Origin: Treponemataceae bacterium
Lineage (GTDB): Bacteria; Spirochaetota; Spirochaetia; Treponematales; Rectinemataceae
DNA length: 64,000 bases
Direction: 5' to 3'
NCBI GenBank assembly: GCA_963667725.2
Contig: CAXXHO010000003.1
Span: forward strand, 2,144,001 to 2,208,000
Made by a program: the position numbers and the translations under genes. A model generated the notes under the pieces. The model searched no databases. It was given only the letters and a program-made list of their open reading frames with translations, and was not told where the DNA came from. Below, piece by piece: positions 28,679 to 37,869 of this stretch (positions within the stretch are counted from its first letter, which is position 1; every line of letters begins with the position of its first letter).

Positions 28679-29155
28679 TCAAAGATTCCTGTATTTTACG
28701 ATGATATCCGGAAGCTGATCCTTGGTGACCTTGCCGTATACTTCGTCGTCCACCTGGATGACGGGAGCGAGGCCGCAGCAGCCGAGGCAGCGCACTTCAT
28801 CGATGCTGAAGAGGGCGTCGTCGGTGACATCGTCCCCGGAGATTCCCAGGATGGATCTCGCCTCTTCGACGATGTCCTGAGCTCCCTTGAGATAGCATGC
28901 GGTGCCCATGCACATGGCGATTCTGTGCTTTCCGGGCATCTTGGTCTTGAAGAAATGATAGAAGGTAATGACGCCATATATCTTGGCCAGGGGAAGCCCG
29001 ACCATTCTGGACAGTTTTTCGGCCGCTTCGCGGGGGATATAGCCGAATTCGTTCTGGATACGGTGAAGCATCATGACGAGCCCACCGGGTTTCTTGCCCC
29101 ATTCCTCGATAAAGCCGTTCAGTTCGCCCGAAAATTCGATGTTCGCAGCCGGCAT
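28679..29155 (-). CDS. hydC: NuoE-like 2Fe-2S hydrogenase subunit
   Basis: LHRIQ..FGYIP, GVITFYHFF, CMGTACYLKG, CLGCCGLAP. Confidence 0.93.
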   Translation of the reverse strand: MPAANIEFSGELNGFIEEWGKKPGGLVMMLHRIQNEFGYIPREAAEKLSRMVGLPLAKIYGVITFYHFFKTKMPGKHRIAMCMGTACYLKGAQDIVEEARSILGISGDDVTDDALFSIDEVRCLGCCGLAPVIQVDDEVYGKVTKDQLPDIIVKYRNL

Positions 29156-29213
29156 GCCACTACCTCCACATTGCTATATATAAGTACAACTATATCGATA
29201 ATAATATATTGAC

Positions 29214-29242
29214 ATTATACAAGTCCTTCATATTTTAGACAA
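29214..29242 (-). promoter_or_regulatory. Sigma70 promoter of the hydrogenase operon
   Basis: Minus strand TTGTCT-N17-TATAAT in an AT-rich spacer; GGAGG precedes the hydC ATG. Confidence 0.7.
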
Positions 29243-29440
29243 GCCCCGATTGGGCATCAACAGCATTTTATTATAGATAAAAATATATCGTTTAAGAAAT
29301 AAAGCGTTGCGGCAAACAAATTTGCCCATTCATGGTAATTATAATGACCTTTGTCGAAAAATCCATTATCATTCGTAGGAATAGGGCATTTGTGCCGGGC
29401 GCCAGGAACCGGAAACATGCCAGATCCAAGGAGGACGCAT

Positions 29441-30007
29441 ATGCAGGCGCAGTCCGATCAGAATCCCGAAATCTCGTCGCTGAACACCAAGGGGATCAGA
29501 ATGACCGATTCGGGAAGGTACCCCGAGGCGATTGCCGTTTTTACCGAGGCGCTCTCCCTGAATCCGGATCTGCCGGGCATCCTCTTCAACCGAGCCGAAG
29601 CCAGAAGGCTGACGGGCGATTTTTCGGGAGCGAGGCAGGACCTGCTGGAAGCGCTGCGCCTCAGCCCCGGGGAGCCTGACTTCATCCACGCCCTCGGCCT
29701 CCTTTCCTACGAGGAAGACGATTTCGCGAGCGCCGCCGATCTGTACGGGAACGCCATCGAGCAGCGCCCCGATTTCGCTCAGGCATGGAATGACCTGGGC
29801 GTCATACGCTTCAGAAAATCCGAATATGCCGAAGCGCGGAAATGTTTCGAGAAAGCGGTGGCCATCGACCCCGACATGGCCGAAGCCTGGTTCAACCTGG
29901 CCGACACCTACGAGGAACTGGGGCTCAGAATGGAGAGAGCCAAGGCGCTCGAAGCGCTCAAGAAAGCGAACATGATAAACGACTACCGGGATGAGTCCAG
30001 AGAATAG
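29441..30007 (+). CDS. Tetratricopeptide-repeat protein
   Basis: Repeated TPR patterns (AWNDLG...A...FEKA..IDP; AWFNLA). GGAGG precedes ATG 29441. Confidence 0.88.
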   Translation: MQAQSDQNPEISSLNTKGIRMTDSGRYPEAIAVFTEALSLNPDLPGILFNRAEARRLTGDFSGARQDLLEALRLSPGEPDFIHALGLLSYEEDDFASAADLYGNAIEQRPDFAQAWNDLGVIRFRKSEYAEARKCFEKAVAIDPDMAEAWFNLADTYEELGLRMERAKALEALKKANMINDYRDESRE

Positions 30008-30034
30008 ACGCTCGGTCCGGAAGGAATACCCTCG

Positions 30035-31429
30035 TTGAAAGAATCGGAAAAAATAGGGGAATACAGACTCATACGGCAGCTGGGGAGAGGAATCTCCGCC
30101 TCGACATGGCTCGCCAGCCCTGAGAATCTGGAGTCGGGCAAGCCCCAGGCCGTGCTCAAGGTGCTGGACCTCACCGAAACATCCTCATGGAATATGGTGG
30201 ACATATTCAGGCGCGAGGCCGAGGCGCTGAAAAGCCTCGCCCATCCCGGAATTCCCGGGTATTTCGACAGCTTCGAGGCTGAGTCGGAAGGCCGCCTGCG
30301 CCTCGTGCTCGCCATGGAATATATAGAAGGACAGGATCTCGAGAAAATAGTCAGGTCAGGCAGGAAATTCACCGAGGCCGATGTGGAGAGGATTCTGGCT
30401 GAGCTCTCCGAAATCCTCGCCTACCTGGGCTCCCTGCGCCCTCCCATCGTCCACAGGGACGTGAACCCGCGCAACATCATTCTCAGAAAAGATGACACGA
30501 TCGCACTTGTCGATTTTTCCGGCGTCCAGGATGCCGTGCGGACGGCGCTTTTCCCCGGGGCTACCCTGGTGGGAACGGCGGGCTACATTCCCCTGGAACA
30601 GGTGGCCGGCAGGGCGACGCATCGTTCCGACCTCTACGGCGCGGCAGCGACGGCCGTCTTTCTCCTGACGGGCAGAAACCCGGCCGAGCTGCCCACGAGC
30701 GGCCTTAAAATTGACCTGAGCGGCATCGTCGACATTTCGCCGAGGCTGGACGGCGTCCTTTCCTCCTGGCTCGATCCCGACGTCAGCCGCCGGAGCCTTC
30801 CCGCGGCCAAGGCCGCCGCCATACTGCGCGGAGAGATCGAAGCGCAGAAAGCCGGGCCGAGAAAGCACGCAGGCGCGGCCTACCCCGAAAGCCTGCCCGA
30901 CGAAAGCAGAGTCGTCATCGAGCGGACGGAGGATAGCACCAGCCTGACGATACCCCGCCCGGGCATCAAGGCATCGTCAGGTCCCGGCGTGATATTCGCG
31001 GCGGCCTGGATCGGCTTCATCGCTTTCTGGACGCTCATGACCTTGAGAATGCGGGCTCCCATGATGTTCCCCATGTTCAGCCTCCCCTTCTGGGGCGTCG
31101 GCATCTTCATGGGAAAAACCATCCTGGCGCCCCGTTTCACGAAATACGGCATTCTCCTGACGCGCGACGATTTCCATTCCCGCACCGAAATTTTCGGCCG
31201 CGAACGCATCGCTTCCTGGCCCCTCAAGGATATCGGCTCGATTCAGGTGGTGACTTCGCGCACGCAGGTCAACAACATCGCGGCCAAGGAACTCAAGATC
31301 GAGGCGGGCACGAAACACCTGATCCTGGGTTCAGGCCTCAGCGAACGCGAACTTCAGTATATGGAAAATTTTCTCAGGCAGGAGATTCTTCGCCTGCGCG
31401 ACTCCTCCAGCGATTCTTCCCGGCCATAA
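30035..31429 (+). CDS. Hanks-type Ser/Thr protein kinase with two C-terminal TM helices
   Basis: LGRG, VLK, REAEAL..L.HP.IP, AMEYIEG, HRDVNPRN, DFSG, GTAGY.PLEQ, SDLYG. Confidence 0.88.
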   Translation: MKESEKIGEYRLIRQLGRGISASTWLASPENLESGKPQAVLKVLDLTETSSWNMVDIFRREAEALKSLAHPGIPGYFDSFEAESEGRLRLVLAMEYIEGQDLEKIVRSGRKFTEADVERILAELSEILAYLGSLRPPIVHRDVNPRNIILRKDDTIALVDFSGVQDAVRTALFPGATLVGTAGYIPLEQVAGRATHRSDLYGAAATAVFLLTGRNPAELPTSGLKIDLSGIVDISPRLDGVLSSWLDPDVSRRSLPAAKAAAILRGEIEAQKAGPRKHAGAAYPESLPDESRVVIERTEDSTSLTIPRPGIKASSGPGVIFAAAWIGFIAFWTLMTLRMRAPMMFPMFSLPFWGVGIFMGKTILAPRFTKYGILLTRDDFHSRTEIFGRERIASWPLKDIGSIQVVTSRTQVNNIAAKELKIEAGTKHLILGSGLSERELQYMENFLRQEILRLRDSSSDSSRP

Positions 31430-31434
31430 AGAAT

Positions 31435-31469
31435 TTGCGGTATTCGTCGCGCCATGATATTGTTTCGCG
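31435..31469 (+). promoter_or_regulatory. Extended -10 promoter of the two-component genes (leaderless geometry)
   Basis: TTGCGG-N17-TATTGT with a TGn extension, then N6-GTG(31470). Confidence 0.55.
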
Positions 31470-33431
31470 GTGCGCATCCGAACGAAATTTCTCGCCGTCC
31501 TCCTCGTTGAGCTGATAGGCTTCGTCGGACTCTCGGCGCTGTCGGTAACCACCTTCGCCCGCGTGAGGGAAATGAAGACGGTGGTGGAGAACGGGATGTC
31601 CCTGATAGCCCGTTCCCGCAGGGTATACAGCCTCCTCAAGGATGTCGTTTTTGACCTTTTCACCCCCGATTCCTACCAGGCGCTGAGATCGGTGGTCCTG
31701 GCTCCCCGGTCCCTGGTGACGGGCAAGGAATTCGCCCACGAAACAGGGCTGTTCCGCGACGAGTACGAGGTTTTCATGCGGGACGACATGATCACCTACA
31801 TACTTAAGCGAAATCCCGAGCTTTCGTCGGCTTACGAGACGGCCGCTCCCCTCGCCGGCCAGGCCTTCGTGAAGTTCGAGCGCCTTTCCGGCCTTTTCGA
31901 GAGAGTCCGCGACCTTAGTCCCATTGAGGGAAAAGACCTCTACATGACGGTGCAGGAGAGCAAGGACGAATCCCTCTACGGGATTTTCGGCGAAATCCGC
32001 GATTCCTCTTTCTATCTCAACAATATCTTCGAAAGCTTCCTCAACCGCTTCGTCCGAGGCATAAGGCTCCAGGCTGAGAGCCTCGAGCGCGCCGCCACCC
32101 TCACCTTCGCCATAGCCGTTCTCCTCCTCGGAAGCCTCACCGTCATCGTCGTTTACCTCCTGAGCTCGGGAATACTCGTCTCCATACGCAGCCTGCAAAG
32201 CGCGATCGGGAAAGTAGCCGAGGGCGATTTCTCCGTCCACGTCCCCATAAGCAGCAAGGATGAGCTGGGAGCTCTCGGCTCGGCCTTCCAGCGCCTGGCC
32301 GATGACCTCAAGAAGAACGTCGAATCGATTCCGAGCATCCTGAAGGACGTCAACGAAGCGCTGCCCGAGGCGCCCGATTCCGAAACCATCCTCTCGATAC
32401 TCTCCGACGCCCTTTTGAGGGAAGGCGGCGCGCGCAGCGTGTGCGTTTTCTCGCGCAAGGGCGGCGACCTGCAGCTCGCCGCGAAATCCGGCTTCGATTC
32501 CCTGCCCGCCTGGCCCAAGGGAGAGGCGAGATCGCTGGATGAGTTCCATAGAATCCTGCCGACGCCCAACGCCACCTTCTTCATCAAGGAACTGTCAGCC
32601 GAGAATTTCAGCCTCGGAACCTTGGGATTCGCGACCTCCATAGCCTCCCTCCTCGTGGTGCCGATGACGGTGCGCAGAAAAAACGCGGGCTATTTCCTTT
32701 TCGCGCGCGACGACCGCGGCTTCACCGACCTCGAGTTCTCGCGGCTCACCGCCATAGCCGACTACGCCGCCCAGGTTCTGGACAGCGTGGAAGTGCACGC
32801 CGCCCTCGCTGCCCGACACGACGCGGGCCTGGAGGCGCTGCAGGCCCAGATCCAGCCTCACTTCATATACAATGTGCTCACCTCGCTGATGGCCCTGAAC
32901 CGCATGGGCGAGTCCGGGAAGCTGGAGGCGGCCATCATCGCGCTCAAGGACATGCTGAGATACGCGCTGGGCCACGACCAATGGACCACCGTCTTTGAGG
33001 AATTCGCCTTCCTGGAAAAGTACTGCGAGCTGCAGAAGCTCAGGCACGGAAACCGCTTCGATTTCGTGTTCGAAAGCGACGAAAGCACCGACGACATCCA
33101 TATTCCCAAGCTCATCGTGCAGCCCCTCGTCGAAAACGCCTTCATTCATGGGTTGGAGCCCAAGATGGGTCCGGGCAGGCTTTTCATCGGGGCCCGGATC
33201 GAAAAAAACACCCTCGTCATGAAGGTGGAGGACGACGGCGTAGGCTGCGATCCGACATCGCTCGAGGCTGTAGGGAACGGAAGCCTCCTCCATGAAAGAG
33301 TGGGGCTGGGCAACGTGAGGAAAAGGCTGGAGCTCCTGTACAAGGACGCGAGGCTGGACCTGGCGGGCGCCGAAGGCCAGGGTTTCACCGCCATCGTCTC
33401 GATGCCGCTGGAGGAAAGCGAAAGAAAATGA
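31470..33431 (+). CDS. Sensor histidine kinase, YesM/LytS type (TM-sensor-TM-HAMP-GAF-kinase)
   Basis: HAMP (DELGALG.AF), LQAQIQPHFIYNVL, QPLVENAFIHG, EDDGVG, VGLGNV. Confidence 0.92.
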   Translation: MRIRTKFLAVLLVELIGFVGLSALSVTTFARVREMKTVVENGMSLIARSRRVYSLLKDVVFDLFTPDSYQALRSVVLAPRSLVTGKEFAHETGLFRDEYEVFMRDDMITYILKRNPELSSAYETAAPLAGQAFVKFERLSGLFERVRDLSPIEGKDLYMTVQESKDESLYGIFGEIRDSSFYLNNIFESFLNRFVRGIRLQAESLERAATLTFAIAVLLLGSLTVIVVYLLSSGILVSIRSLQSAIGKVAEGDFSVHVPISSKDELGALGSAFQRLADDLKKNVESIPSILKDVNEALPEAPDSETILSILSDALLREGGARSVCVFSRKGGDLQLAAKSGFDSLPAWPKGEARSLDEFHRILPTPNATFFIKELSAENFSLGTLGFATSIASLLVVPMTVRRKNAGYFLFARDDRGFTDLEFSRLTAIADYAAQVLDSVEVHAALAARHDAGLEALQAQIQPHFIYNVLTSLMALNRMGESGKLEAAIIALKDMLRYALGHDQWTTVFEEFAFLEKYCELQKLRHGNRFDFVFESDESTDDIHIPKLIVQPLVENAFIHGLEPKMGPGRLFIGARIEKNTLVMKVEDDGVGCDPTSLEAVGNGSLLHERVGLGNVRKRLELLYKDARLDLAGAEGQGFTAIVSMPLEESERK

Positions 33432-34129
33432 AGGTAATCGTTGCCGACGACGAGGCTCCGGCCAGGTTCCTGCTGAAATCTTTTCTGCTGGACGAGGGTT
33501 TTACGCCCGAGGACGTAGGGGAAGCGGGCGACGGCCTGGAACTCGTCGACATGGTCATGGCGGAAAAACCGCGGCTCTGCTTTGTCGATATCCGCATGCC
33601 GGGAATGGACGGGCTGGAGGCGCTGCGTCGCTGCGTTCCCACGGCCACAGGAACCTCCTGGGCCATCGTTTCCAGCTACAGCGAGTTCGAATACGCGCGC
33701 GCGGCGCTGAGACTGGGAGTCACCGAATACCTCGTCAAGCCCGTCGATCCCGGCGATTTTCACGCCTGTCTCGAACGTTTCAGGATGCTGCCATCCTGTC
33801 CGGAACAGGATCCGGTGATCGCGCGCGTCCTTGAACATGTGGCGCGCAATTTCAACGCCGACGTGAGCATCGCCGATCTCGCGGAGATGACGGGGTTCAC
33901 GCCCAACTATCTTTCGGCCTTCTTCCATAAGAAAATGGGCGAAACCTTCATGTCCTACCTCACGCGATTCCGGGTGAACGAGGCCAGACGGCTCCTCCTG
34001 GAAGGCGGACTCTCCGTGGCCGAGGCCGCCCGCGCCGTGGGCTATTCGGACGTCCGTCATTTTTCGAGGCGCTACCGCGAACTCCTGGGCGCCTACCCAT
34101 CGGAATGCAAGCCTGAGGGCAGGCAATAG
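33428..34129 (+). CDS. Response regulator, REC + AraC HTH (YesN type)
   Basis: ADDE, DIRMPGMDG, YLVKP; YLSAFF.K.MG.TF, VGYSD..HFSR. Confidence 0.93.
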   Translation: MKVIVADDEAPARFLLKSFLLDEGFTPEDVGEAGDGLELVDMVMAEKPRLCFVDIRMPGMDGLEALRRCVPTATGTSWAIVSSYSEFEYARAALRLGVTEYLVKPVDPGDFHACLERFRMLPSCPEQDPVIARVLEHVARNFNADVSIADLAEMTGFTPNYLSAFFHKKMGETFMSYLTRFRVNEARRLLLEGGLSVAEAARAVGYSDVRHFSRRYRELLGAYPSECKPEGRQ

Positions 34130-34130
34130 T

Positions 34131-34169
34131 CCGGGATCGTAGAACCACCACACCCGAATCGTAGACCCA
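34131..34169 (+). promoter_or_regulatory. Direct repeat (ATCGTAGA.CCA x2, 22-bp period): candidate regulator site for the rhamnose operon
   Basis: CCGGGATCGTAGAACCA at 34131 and CCCGAATCGTAGACCCA at 34153. Confidence 0.55.
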
Positions 34170-34237
34170 TGCTATTTCGCGTTTCGGGAAACGCCCTCAT
34201 CATGTGATAGTACTCAAAATCTCCCAGGAGGCTTTTC

Positions 34238-35239
34238 ATGAAAAAAGCATTTCGTTTTGTAGCGTTGCTGCTCGTCTTCGCCCTGTTCGCCTCGGGCGCC
34301 GCGTTCGCCCAGCAGAAAATCCGTATCGCCATGGTCGTCAAAGGCCTCGGCAACGGATTCTTCGAAGCCTGCCGCGACGGCGGCCAGGAAGCGGCCAAGG
34401 AACTCGGCAACGTCGAGCTCATCTACCAGGGTCCCGCCACCCCGACCGCCGAGGGACAGATCGAGATCATCGACTCCCTGATCGCCCAGCGCGTGGACGC
34501 CATCGCGATCTCCGCCAACGACCGCGACGCCCTCGTTCCCATCGCCAAGAAAGCGATGAAAGCCGGTATCAAAGTCATCTCCTTCGACTCCGGCGTGGCC
34601 AAAGACGGCCGCCTCGTCGACCTCGTCCCCTCCAAAGAAGACCTCATCGGCCGCCAGCAGGTACAGCTGATCGCCGAACTCATCGGCAAGAAAGGCGAGA
34701 TCGCCATCCTCTCCGCCACCAGCCAGGCCACGAACCAGAACGCCTGGATCGGCTGGATGAAGGAAGAGCTGAAGAAACCCGAATACAACCAGATGAAACT
34801 GGTCGCGACCGTCTACGGCGACGACCTCTCCGACAAATCCTACCGCGAAGCCCTGGGCCTCTTCGAATCCTATCCCAACCTCCGCGGCATCATCTCCCCG
34901 ACCACGGTCGGCGTCGCGGCGGCCGGAAAAGCCATCGAGGACAAGGGCCTGAAGGGCAAGGTCGAACTCACCGGCCTCGGACTCCCCTCAGAGATGAAGT
35001 ACTACACCGAGAAGGACATCTCCAGGAAATTCGCCCTGTGGAATCCCATCGACCTCGGCTACTCCGCCACCTACATCGCCTACGCCCTCGTGAAGGGACA
35101 GGTGAAAGGTAATGACGGCGACGTGGTAAAGGCCGGACGCATGGGCAACATCGCGATCGGCAAGGACGGCAACGCGGTCATGGGCGTTCCCTTCGTCTTC
35201 ACGAAGGAAAACGTCGCCAAGTTCGCCAAGATGTTCTGA
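34238..35239 (+). CDS. rhaS: L-rhamnose ABC transporter substrate-binding protein
   Basis: KGLGNGFF, TAEGQIE, AISAND.DAL, SATSQATNQN.WI, YGDD..DKSY.EA, LWNPIDLGY; next to rhaA and rhaM. Confidence 0.88.
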   Translation: MKKAFRFVALLLVFALFASGAAFAQQKIRIAMVVKGLGNGFFEACRDGGQEAAKELGNVELIYQGPATPTAEGQIEIIDSLIAQRVDAIAISANDRDALVPIAKKAMKAGIKVISFDSGVAKDGRLVDLVPSKEDLIGRQQVQLIAELIGKKGEIAILSATSQATNQNAWIGWMKEELKKPEYNQMKLVATVYGDDLSDKSYREALGLFESYPNLRGIISPTTVGVAAAGKAIEDKGLKGKVELTGLGLPSEMKYYTEKDISRKFALWNPIDLGYSATYIAYALVKGQVKGNDGDVVKAGRMGNIAIGKDGNAVMGVPFVFTKENVAKFAKMF

Positions 35240-35274
35240 GTTTCGAAGCAGCTTCGATTTTTTACTGCCTTTGC

Positions 35275-35305
35275 CGCGGCGCGCCGGGCTTCCCGGCGCG
35301 CCGCG
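35275..35305. other. Intercistronic 14-bp GC stem-loop after the binding-protein gene (probable mRNA stabiliser)
   Basis: CGCGGCGCGCCGGG-CTT-CCCGGCGCGCCGCG. Confidence 0.7.
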
Positions 35306-35356
35306 CGACGAGGCACTCTTCATTTCAGCGGTTCAACTTTTCAAGGAGGATCTCCA

Positions 35357-36898
35357 GTGGACTCGAACATTCTCGAGATGCGGGGCATCTCGATGTATTT
35401 CCCCGGCATCAAAGCCCTCGACGATGTGGACCTCTCGGTCCGGCCGGGTGAAGTGCACGCCCTGATCGGCGAGAACGGGGCGGGGAAGTCTACCCTCGTG
35501 AAAGTCCTCACCGGTCTCTACAGGCCTACGGCCGGGCGTATCGACTTCGAGGGAACCGAGCGGAAATTCTCCTCCACGGTCGAGGCCCAGCTGACGGGCA
35601 TCGTCGCCATCCATCAGGAACCCATCATGTTTCCCGACCTATCGGTCGCCGAGAATGTCTTCTCGGGCCACATGCTGAGGAAACGGGGCATCGGCCTCCT
35701 CGATTGGCCCGGTATGCGAGCCAAAACTAGGGAGCTCTGCGCGCGCATCGAGCTGGACGTCGACCCCGACGCCATGGTTTCCGAACTCTCGGTCGCGCAG
35801 CGCCATATGGTGGGCATAGCGCGCGCCCTTTCGATGAACGCCCGCCTCCTCATCATGGACGAGCCAACGAGCGCCCTCTCTATTCGCGAGACGGAGGATC
35901 TTTTCAAGATCGTCCGCCAGCTCCGCGACAGCGGTACGGCCATCCTCTTCATTTCCCACAAGTTCGACGAACTTTTCGCCATCGCGGACTCCTACACCGT
36001 GCTCCGCGACGGCAAGCTGATCGGCGCAGGCCTCATGAAGGACGCCACGATCGATTCCCTCGTCCGCCTCATGGCCGGCCGGGAGCTGAGCCAGATGTTC
36101 CCCAAGCGCAAGGCCGAGATAGGCGAGGAAATCCTCAGGATAGAGGGATTCAGCTCGGGACGCTCGTTCAAAGATGTCGGCTTTTCGCTCAGGAAAGGCG
36201 AAATCCTCGGCTTTTTCGGCCTCGTGGGCGCGGGGAGGAGCGAGATCATGAAATCTCTCCTCGGCCTCGACCCCCTCGATTCGGGCGAAATCTTCCTCGA
36301 AGGCAAGAAAGTCCGCTTCGCCGATCCCTGCGCGGCCCTCGCCCACGGACTCGCCTATGTGCCCGAGGACAGGCAGGGCCAGGGCCTCGTCCTGCCCCTC
36401 TCCATCGCGAACAATATCTGCCTGCCCCAGACGGCGAGCCTCTCCAAGGCCGGTTTCGTCGCCGGCAAAACTGAGGCCGCCCTCGCCCGCGAATACGGCG
36501 CAAAGATGGAGATCAGGGCGGCAGGCTGGGATGTCGAGGCGCTCACGCTTTCGGGCGGCAACCAGCAGAAAGTGGTCCTTGCCAAGTGGCTGGCCACCCA
36601 GCCGCGCATCCTCATTCTCGATGAGCCCACTAAGGGCATCGACGTGGGGACGAAGGCGGCTGTCCACGAATTCATGTCGAGCATGGCGGCCGAGGGCATG
36701 GCCATCATCATGATCTCCTCCGAACTGCCCGAGATCCTGGGCATGTCGGACCGGGTGGCGGTGATGCACGAAGGCGAGCTCGTCGCCCTGATGGACCGGG
36801 CCGAGGCGAGCGAGGAGAAAATCCTCAGGGCCGCCACAGGCGCAGGCCGTGGCGATGCCGCAGGCGCGGCCAAGGGCCTGGCGGGGGGAGCGAGATGA
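35357..36898 (+). CDS. rhaT: Sugar (rhamnose) ABC transporter ATP-binding protein
   Basis: GENGAGKST, MDEPTSAL, LSGGNQQK, LDEPTKGIDVG; two ABC domains. Confidence 0.9.
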   Translation: MDSNILEMRGISMYFPGIKALDDVDLSVRPGEVHALIGENGAGKSTLVKVLTGLYRPTAGRIDFEGTERKFSSTVEAQLTGIVAIHQEPIMFPDLSVAENVFSGHMLRKRGIGLLDWPGMRAKTRELCARIELDVDPDAMVSELSVAQRHMVGIARALSMNARLLIMDEPTSALSIRETEDLFKIVRQLRDSGTAILFISHKFDELFAIADSYTVLRDGKLIGAGLMKDATIDSLVRLMAGRELSQMFPKRKAEIGEEILRIEGFSSGRSFKDVGFSLRKGEILGFFGLVGAGRSEIMKSLLGLDPLDSGEIFLEGKKVRFADPCAALAHGLAYVPEDRQGQGLVLPLSIANNICLPQTASLSKAGFVAGKTEAALAREYGAKMEIRAAGWDVEALTLSGGNQQKVVLAKWLATQPRILILDEPTKGIDVGTKAAVHEFMSSMAAEGMAIIMISSELPEILGMSDRVAVMHEGELVALMDRAEASEEKILRAATGAGRGDAAGAAKGLAGGAR

Positions 36899-37869
36899 AA
36901 AAACTATTGAAGCGCAAGGAGACGACGCTCTGTCTCCTCATCATCATCCTCACGCTGGCGGTATCCCTGCGGGCTCCCGGATTCGTGGCGCCCAAGAGCC
37001 TCCTCAACATCGTCGTCGACTCCTGCATCCTCATCATCGTGGCCATCGGGCAGTTCGGCGTCATCCTCATCGGCGGCATCGACATCTCGGTGGGCTCGAC
37101 GATGGCCCTGGCGGGCATGGCGGCTGCCATGCTCAACCAGTTCCAGCCGGGACTGCCCACGGCCTTCTTCATGCCCTTCAGCATCGCGGCGGGCGCGGCC
37201 CTTGGCGGCATCGGCGGCATCCTCGTCGCCTTCGGAAAACTGCCCCCTCTCATCGCCAGCCTCGGCATGATGAGCGCCTACAGAGGTCTCGTATTTCTCC
37301 TCTCGAAGGGGCAGTGGGTGACGGCCAACGAGATGACGGAAGGCTTCCGCAAAATCCCCGAAGGCTTGAGCCTCGGCCTGCCCCACATGTTCTGGGCGGC
37401 TCTCGCCGTCACCTTGCTGGCGCATCTTTTCATGCGTTATACACGATCAGGCCGGGACATTTACGCCATTGGCGGCAACCCGACGGCGGCCCGATTCGCC
37501 GGAGTGAGCCAGAAGAAAGTCGAAATCATCGTCTTCGTCATTTCGGGAGCCCTCGCCGGCCTCGCCGGCCTTCTCTACGTCTCGCGCTACGGCATAGCCC
37601 AGAACGAGACGGCTTCCGGATTCGAGATGCAGACGGTGGCGGCGGCCGTCTTGGGCGGCGTCAACATCGCGGGAGGCTCGGGGACCATACTCGGCGTCGT
37701 CCTGGGCTCCCTCTTCCTCGGCGTCGTCAACAACGCCCTCCCCGTCCTGCGGCTCTCTCCCTTCCTCCAGATGGCCATCCAGGGCTTCATCATCCTGACG
37801 GCGGTGGTCGCCAACACGATCATCGACCGACGCAACAAGAAAGCCTTCGCGGCGGGGAGGGCACGATGA
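36895..37869 (+). CDS. rhaP: Sugar ABC permease
   Basis: GGIDISVGS, GRDIYAIGGN..AA...G, AAAVLGGV...GG.G. Confidence 0.88.
   Translation: MKKLLKRKETTLCLLIIILTLAVSLRAPGFVAPKSLLNIVVDSCILIIVAIGQFGVILIGGIDISVGSTMALAGMAAAMLNQFQPGLPTAFFMPFSIAAGAALGGIGGILVAFGKLPPLIASLGMMSAYRGLVFLLSKGQWVTANEMTEGFRKIPEGLSLGLPHMFWAALAVTLLAHLFMRYTRSGRDIYAIGGNPTAARFAGVSQKKVEIIVFVISGALAGLAGLLYVSRYGIAQNETASGFEMQTVAAAVLGGVNIAGGSGTILGVVLGSLFLGVVNNALPVLRLSPFLQMAIQGFIILTAVVANTIIDRRNKKAFAAGRAR

Noticed and set aside
29171..29189. TTGCTATATATAAGTACAA as a Rex operator for the hydrogenase operon
   Set aside because: 19 bp rather than 18, and only the outer TTG/CAA match; too weak in AT-rich DNA.
29156..29440. AT-rich spacer where gene orientation switches, considered as oriC
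   Set aside because: No DnaA boxes seen; explained by divergent promoters and operon structure.
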